A stretch of DNA of 64,000 bases from Heterodontus francisci (taxonomy: Eukaryota): the NCBI RefSeq assembly GCF_036365525.1, contig NW_027140453.1, forward strand, positions 248,001 through 312,000, read 5' to 3'. Both the position numbers and the translations under genes were made by a program. The first letter of the stretch is position 1; the number at the start of each line of letters is the position of its first letter. Below the pieces are notes generated by a model. It saw only the letters and a program-made list of their open reading frames with translations, did not search any database and was not told where the DNA came from. Shown here one piece after another: positions 59,171 through 64,000 of this stretch.

Positions 59171-60019
59171 TGTGAAGTCTCTACCTTCCGAAGCTCCTGC
59201 CAGGGGATATCATTTCTCCCTAACTGCTCTATCGAACGGCTGTACCTCCAGGGTTAAAACGTCCCATTAGCTTGCTCTGATCCAGGAAAACTGTCCCAGC
59301 TTCTCCAGTCTCTCCACATAACAACCGTCTCTCAACCATGGCACCATTCTGGTAAATGTCTCTTCAACCGCCCTGGTCTAAGGATAACGATGGCATAGTT
59401 GCAATGTCACTGCGCTAATAAGCCAGAGGCCTAGGCTGATGCCCAGGTTACATGGGTTCAGGCACAGGCACACCCAGTGCAATTTAAACTTGTCAAGGAC
59501 CCAGTAATGTGCATAGCCCTGCTGTAGAATAGGTAAGGAGCCCAGTGCCACACAGGTGGCATTGCACCTATTTGCCTCAGGCCACTGTTGCTTACAACGT
59601 TTGCCAGGAGACACACGGCATCGACATCTGGCTATTCGGAGATGAAGGTGTGGATAAACTGGAATCCAGATGTCTATAAATTGGAAATCTACACGTGGCT
59701 AATGTGGGAATGCCGATGAGGTTCGTTGGGGATCTGGATATGTACAATTGGAGATTTCTCATCAGTAAATTAGAAACTGAACAACATACATCCTTGTTGG
59801 GGATATTAACAACACTTAATCCAGTCACTCAACCATAACAAGGAACCACGTCCATTCTGATTGGTTGGGTGTTGGAAGGGGGCGTGTCCAACACTGCATC
59901 ACTTCCTCATGCTCTTCATATTTTCCTCAATGATTTGTAAAGAGCAGGTTTGGACCCTCACAAGGCTTACACTCCGGTTCTCGCTGCTTTGCTTATTTCT
60001 AAACAGCTTCAAGGGGAAG

Positions 60020-60473
60020 ATGTATCAGTCATTGGCTCTGATAATCCTTTTGCACTGTGAGTGAGTCTGAAATACCAACGTTTTCTCTAATAACCTTCCT
60101 ATACTCATTCCCTCTTCCTTTCATTTCCTAGAAATCCCCTGTTTACTGACCTCTTCCTCTTCCCCACTCTCTCCCAGGTGTGAACTCGCAGACTATCCTC
60201 CAGACTCCTGCCGCTGTCTCCAGAGTTGTGGGGGAGGAAGTGGAACTGAAGTGCACTTTGGAGGGGAGCAGTACCCTTAACATGTTCTGGTACAGACAAT
60301 ACCCGAGGAAGGAGCCTCAGGTTATGTTTTACTCCACGGGTACTAATCACAAAAATCCAGAGAAGGAGGTGGACGGTTTCACTGCCGAGAGACCAACTGG
60401 CACCCAGTTCAACCTGGAGTCCTCCAGCCTGCGGGAGAATCACTCGGCCGTGTATTTCTGTGCCTGGAGTCTT
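60020..60473 (+). CDS. TRBV: V10: TCR beta V segment, TRBV30-like; leader 60020-60056, V exon 60178-60473
   Basis: MYQSLALIILLH/CVNSQTILQTP...LKCTLEG...WYRQ...MFYS...YFCAWSL. Confidence 0.92.
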
Positions 60474-60512
60474 CACAGTGACTCAGAGAGATGGAGCAGT
60501 TCAACAAAAACC
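60474..60512 (+). other. 23-RSS of V10
   Basis: CACAGTG, 23-nt spacer, ACAAAAACC. Confidence 0.95.
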
Positions 60513-61870
60513 CCAAAGGCAGCAGGAAACACCTGTTGGACATACAATAGCGCGGTATTTCCACTTGAATTGATGCAGGGCTATCATATTTTTGACAATA
60601 AGAATAGACGGGTGAGAATAAAATTGAGAGCACAGGTGCAGAGGCGAAGAGACTGGCCTCTTTCTGTGCTGATAAGCTTTCTATCTTTCTATGAAAGATT
60701 AAGAAGGGTGGCACCACACTGAGAGGTTTTCACTATCAGGAGAGAATATCAGAAAAACGATTGGGGTTTTATCCACTAACACGGTGTCTTCTTTCACTCA
60801 GATGATCAAACACACAACTCTCTTTGTTAGGAACAAAGGAAGAGGAGTAGGCCATTCAGCCCCTTTGTCCCGTTACATAGAAACAGGAGGAGATCATTCT
60901 GCAAATCTCGTAAATATGCTCTGCACCCTAATAAGGAGCCTCACATTCTCCCTTAAGTGTGGTGGCCAGAACTGGACGCAATACTCCAGCTGGAGCCTAA
61001 CCTGAGCTTTATAAAGGTTCACTGCTTTTGTACTCAATACCTACATTTATGAAGATCAGGATCCCATCTGCTTTACTAACCACTCTCTCAACATGCCCTG
61101 CCACCTTCAAAGATCGATGCACATGCAGCCTCAGGTCCACTGTTCCTTGCAAACTCTTTCGAAATCTGCCTTTTAGTCTATATTGCCTTTGTCTATCCCT
61201 TCAGCCAAAATGCATCACAGCGAATTTCTCCAAGAAGAGGGCCCTATAGGACCAGTAACACACAACTGCCTGGAAAACTGTTTATGAAGAATTCAGGAGG
61301 AGGTCTCTCAGTCTTTTGGAGCCTCTTACAAAGGAACATGAGGAGGCCAATTACTCCCCTGCCTCATTGCGCACAAACAGGAGGAGGTTATTGATCAATG
61401 TAGAGCTTGTTAGTAGGAATTGGAGAAGGGTACTTAGTCCCCCTTGAGCCGATTAATATGAACAGGAGTAAGCCATTCAGCCCCATTGAGCCTGTTGCAC
61501 AGGAGCAAGAGGAGGCCGATTCAGTTCCCCCCCTCAGTCTGCACAGGTACAGGAGGAGGCCCATTCAGCACCTCGAATCTGTTAAATAGGAAATGGGTGA
61601 GGCCATTCAGCCCCATCGAGCCTGTTACATCTGAAGAGCCATCCACATGTGACAGTTTCGCTCAGGCTCTTGTATCCAATTGGGAAATTCAGATGTGGAG
61701 ATCCGCGTTTCTGATTGGCAAATACAAAAAGAGCAATTGCGAATTGACAACCATGCTAATTCCGATTGGTTGAATGAGAGAAGGGGGCGTGACCAAACGT
61801 CCCTTACTACCTTGCTTTCCTCAATGGTTTGTAAAGATGACTTGATGAATAGGGAAAGGTCCAGTTAAAG

Positions 61871-62096
61871 ATGTATCTGTTACTGGGTCTGATGACCATC
61901 TCCCACCATAAGGAACTTAATGAAAAATAATGCTGCTTAATAATTTTCTTTACTTTATAATTTCCTTCTCTCCTTGACGCTTTCATTCCTCCCTTCCATC
62001 CTTCTTCCTCGATAATCCAGAGTGTCCTGGCGTCATTTTCGACCCATCTCTTTCCTAGATGTGAACTCACAGACTGTCCTCCAGAGTCCCACCACT
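61871..62096 (+). pseudogene. V11: CAWS-type relic; leader 61871-61907 with dead donor (AT), V exon from 62059 deleted after about 11 codons
   Basis: MYLLLGLMTISH followed by ATAAG instead of GTAAG. VNSQTVLQSPTT is fused to acctgtgggagataaa, which is normally post-RSS sequence. Confidence 0.8.
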
Positions 62097-62459
62097 ACCT
62101 GTGGGAGATAAAGTTGCGCTGTACAGAGACTTGATTTTTGTGCAGGGCGATGGTGTTTGTGACAATAAGAAGGGACCCATGAGAATAAAAGTGAGAGAAT
62201 AAATATAGAGGCACTGTTAAAGATGTCACTAATAGCCTGCTTCTGTTCCCTAAAACCTTCTGTCTTTCTATGAATGACTAAAGGTGATGAACCCCAAATT
62301 GAGAAGATGTAAATATCAGGAAGGAATGATCACTAAAAGCATTTAGGTTTCATCTCCTGACACTATCTTCATTCTCCACAGGGACAGCAGAGAGCGCTCT
62401 AGGACCGTCAAACACACAACAGCCTGCTCCCTGCTTATTCAGGACACAACATGGGAACA

Positions 62460-63112
62460 TAGGGGATAGGAGAAGGAGTAGGCCATTTGGCTCATCGAAC
62501 CGACTCATGGCTGATCACCTACCTCTGAGTCATTTCCCCCCACTATCCCCATCTCCCTTGATGTCATTAGTATCTAGAAATCAATCGTTTTCTGTCTCGA
62601 ACATGCTCAATGTAGTCAGCTTCGAAAGCTCTCTTGGGTAGAGAATTCCAAAGATTCACAACTATCTCAGTTAAAGAAATTCCTCCTCATCTCAGTCTTC
62701 AATGGCCTGCACCTTATTCGGAGACAGTGTATCCTGATTCCAGACTGAATACGCTATCCACATCCGTCGTGTCACGTCTTGTCAGAATTTTGTAAGTTTC
62801 AATGCGATCACCTCTTATTCTTTGGAACTCCAGAGAATACAGACCCAGTTTCTGTAATCGCTCTTCGTAAAACAAATCCACCCTGCCAGGGATTATTTTG
62901 GTGAATCTCTGCTGCATTCTCTCTTTGGCAAGTATATCCTTCCTTCGATAAGGAGAGCAAAACTGTACACAATACGAGAGGTGCAGTCGCATCAAGGTTC
63001 TATACAATTGCAACAAGACATTTTTACACCTGTACTTAAATCCCATTACAATGAAGGCCAGCATACCATTCGCCTTCGGAATTGCTTGCTGCACCTGCAT
63101 ATTAGCTGTTAG
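62460..63112 (-). mobile_element. Decayed CR1 3' end (another fragment at 60830-61220 minus)
   Basis: ANGMLAFI...LYRTLMRLHL...LYSLEF motifs. Confidence 0.85.
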
Positions 63113-63345
63113 TGTTGTGAGTTCATAATGTTGTGTGTGATGCAACATAAATGAGAAGCGTGGAGTCCAGTTGGTTGAAGATCACAAACAAGTCTATTTA
63201 CAGCTGAACTATAATACACAGTGCTGAGCTAACTATTTACAGGACCTGCCTGTAGGTGTTCCAGTTACAGAGTGACACTGACTACGAGTCACGTGACTAC
63301 GTGCTGGAATTTATCTTATTAGCATCCTAAGATCTTAAAGGGACA
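63113..63345 (-). mobile_element. Probable Gypsy-type LTR remnant
   Basis: Minus strand tgtccctttaag...gtcacgtgac...cacaaca with TG/CA ends. Confidence 0.45.
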
Positions 63346-63399
63346 TGAGAGAGAGATGGAGAGACGGACAGAGCAAGACAGAGGGAGAGAGAAAGATTA

Positions 63400-63570
63400 A
63401 CACCAACGAATACAATAACAACTTCAGGAAAAAACACCAACAAATGCAGCAGCAACTTCAGCAGGCGACTAGCACCAAAAAATGCAACAACTTCAGCTGG
63501 AGACTACCAGCAACAAATGCAGCAACAACTTCAGCAGGAGACTAAGAGCAACAAACGCACCAACAACTTA
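63400..63570 (+). repeat. CAA-rich minisatellite upstream of the V12 leader
   Basis: Same family as the repeat upstream of V1. Confidence 0.8.
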
Positions 63571-63731
63571 TACTTGCAGCCAAACAGAGAGACAGGGACG
63601 TGGCTTCCAATCAGGGAGGAAGGAGTTGTGAAAACCAAATCACTTACTTCAGTCTTCATGTAGCTCCTCACAGGACTCAAAGCTCTTGTTTCCACTGCTT
63701 TACAGATTACAAACACAGCTTCCAGTAGAAG

Positions 63732-63768
63732 ATGTATCTGTTACTGAATCTGATAGTATTATTTCAAT
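63732..63768 (+). CDS. V12: leader exon paralogous to V1; V exon not in window
   Basis: MYLLLNLIVLFQ then GTAAGGGATCTTT. Flanks (cttccagt-gaagATG, gtaagggatcttt) match V1. Confidence 0.75.
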
Positions 63769-63824
63769 GTAAGGGATCTTTTTCCCACGTAACTTTTTGT
63801 GTTGACATTCAACATTTATCTTTT

Positions 63825-64000
63825 CGCAGTACCCGTTTCCCGCAATTAGGGGGAGCAGTTGCTGGAGGTGCAGCTCTCATTGCCAACCAACAGGGGGAAG
63901 CAGTAGATGGAGGTGCAGCTCTCATTGCCCACCAACAGGGGGCAGCAGTAGATGGAGGTTCAGCTCGCATTGCCCACCAAAAGGGGGTAGCAGTAGCTGG
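63825..64000 (+). promoter_or_regulatory. Second 45-bp tandem array of CTCF-like motifs with upstream (U) module
   Basis: TGCAG-13nt-CCAACAGGGGGCAGCA (core at 63932); variants at 63843, 63887 and 63977. Confidence 0.6.

Noticed and set aside
27077-60473. IgNAR, NARTCR, IgH or TCR alpha/delta identity for the V genes
   Set aside because: No D/J clusters follow the V genes, no octamer promoter was seen, functional V genes have leaders, and CAWS/CAAS, IHQWP and YE-F motifs fit TRBV best. Without a C region in the window the assignment is not proven.
60474-60722. V10 ORF reading 83 codons through the RSS as a non-rearranging secreted V protein
   Set aside because: The extension is not conserved in paralogs (V6 stops soon after the RSS) and a canonical RSS is present.

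Overview
Vertebrate genomic DNA, almost certainly from a shark or other cartilaginous fish (HE1-like V-SINE, Deu-domain SINEs, shark-type CR1 LINEs). From about 27 kb to the end it holds part of a T-cell receptor beta variable (TRBV) gene array. There are 7 apparently intact leader+V-exon genes with 23-bp-spacer RSSs: one inverted at 27.0-27.6 kb and six on the + strand. Three pseudogenes or relics keep intact RSSs, one relic is internally deleted, and two leader exons have no V exon in the window. Most V genes belong to an expanded clade resembling mammalian TRBV30 (ending CAWS). I found no D, J or C segments. The first 26 kb contain a roughly 10.6 kb polypyrimidine satellite, a young CR1 LINE with a monomer-array 5' UTR, many LINE/SINE fragments and possible exons of an unidentified minus-strand gene. 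Four assembly gaps are present. The most notable signals are: (1) an in-phase U_UUA_AAC -1 frameshift site at the ORF1/ORF2 junction of two different CR1 subfamilies, one of which has no ORF2 start codon; (2) 45-bp tandem arrays of CTCF-like motifs, one 38 bp after a V-gene RSS; (3) a V gene with germline cysteines in both CDR1 and CDR3; (4) a conserved splice-acceptor/CTCF-like module about 260-620 bp downstream of the CAWS-family RSSs. V1-V12 are my own labels in positional order, and repeat boundaries are approximate.
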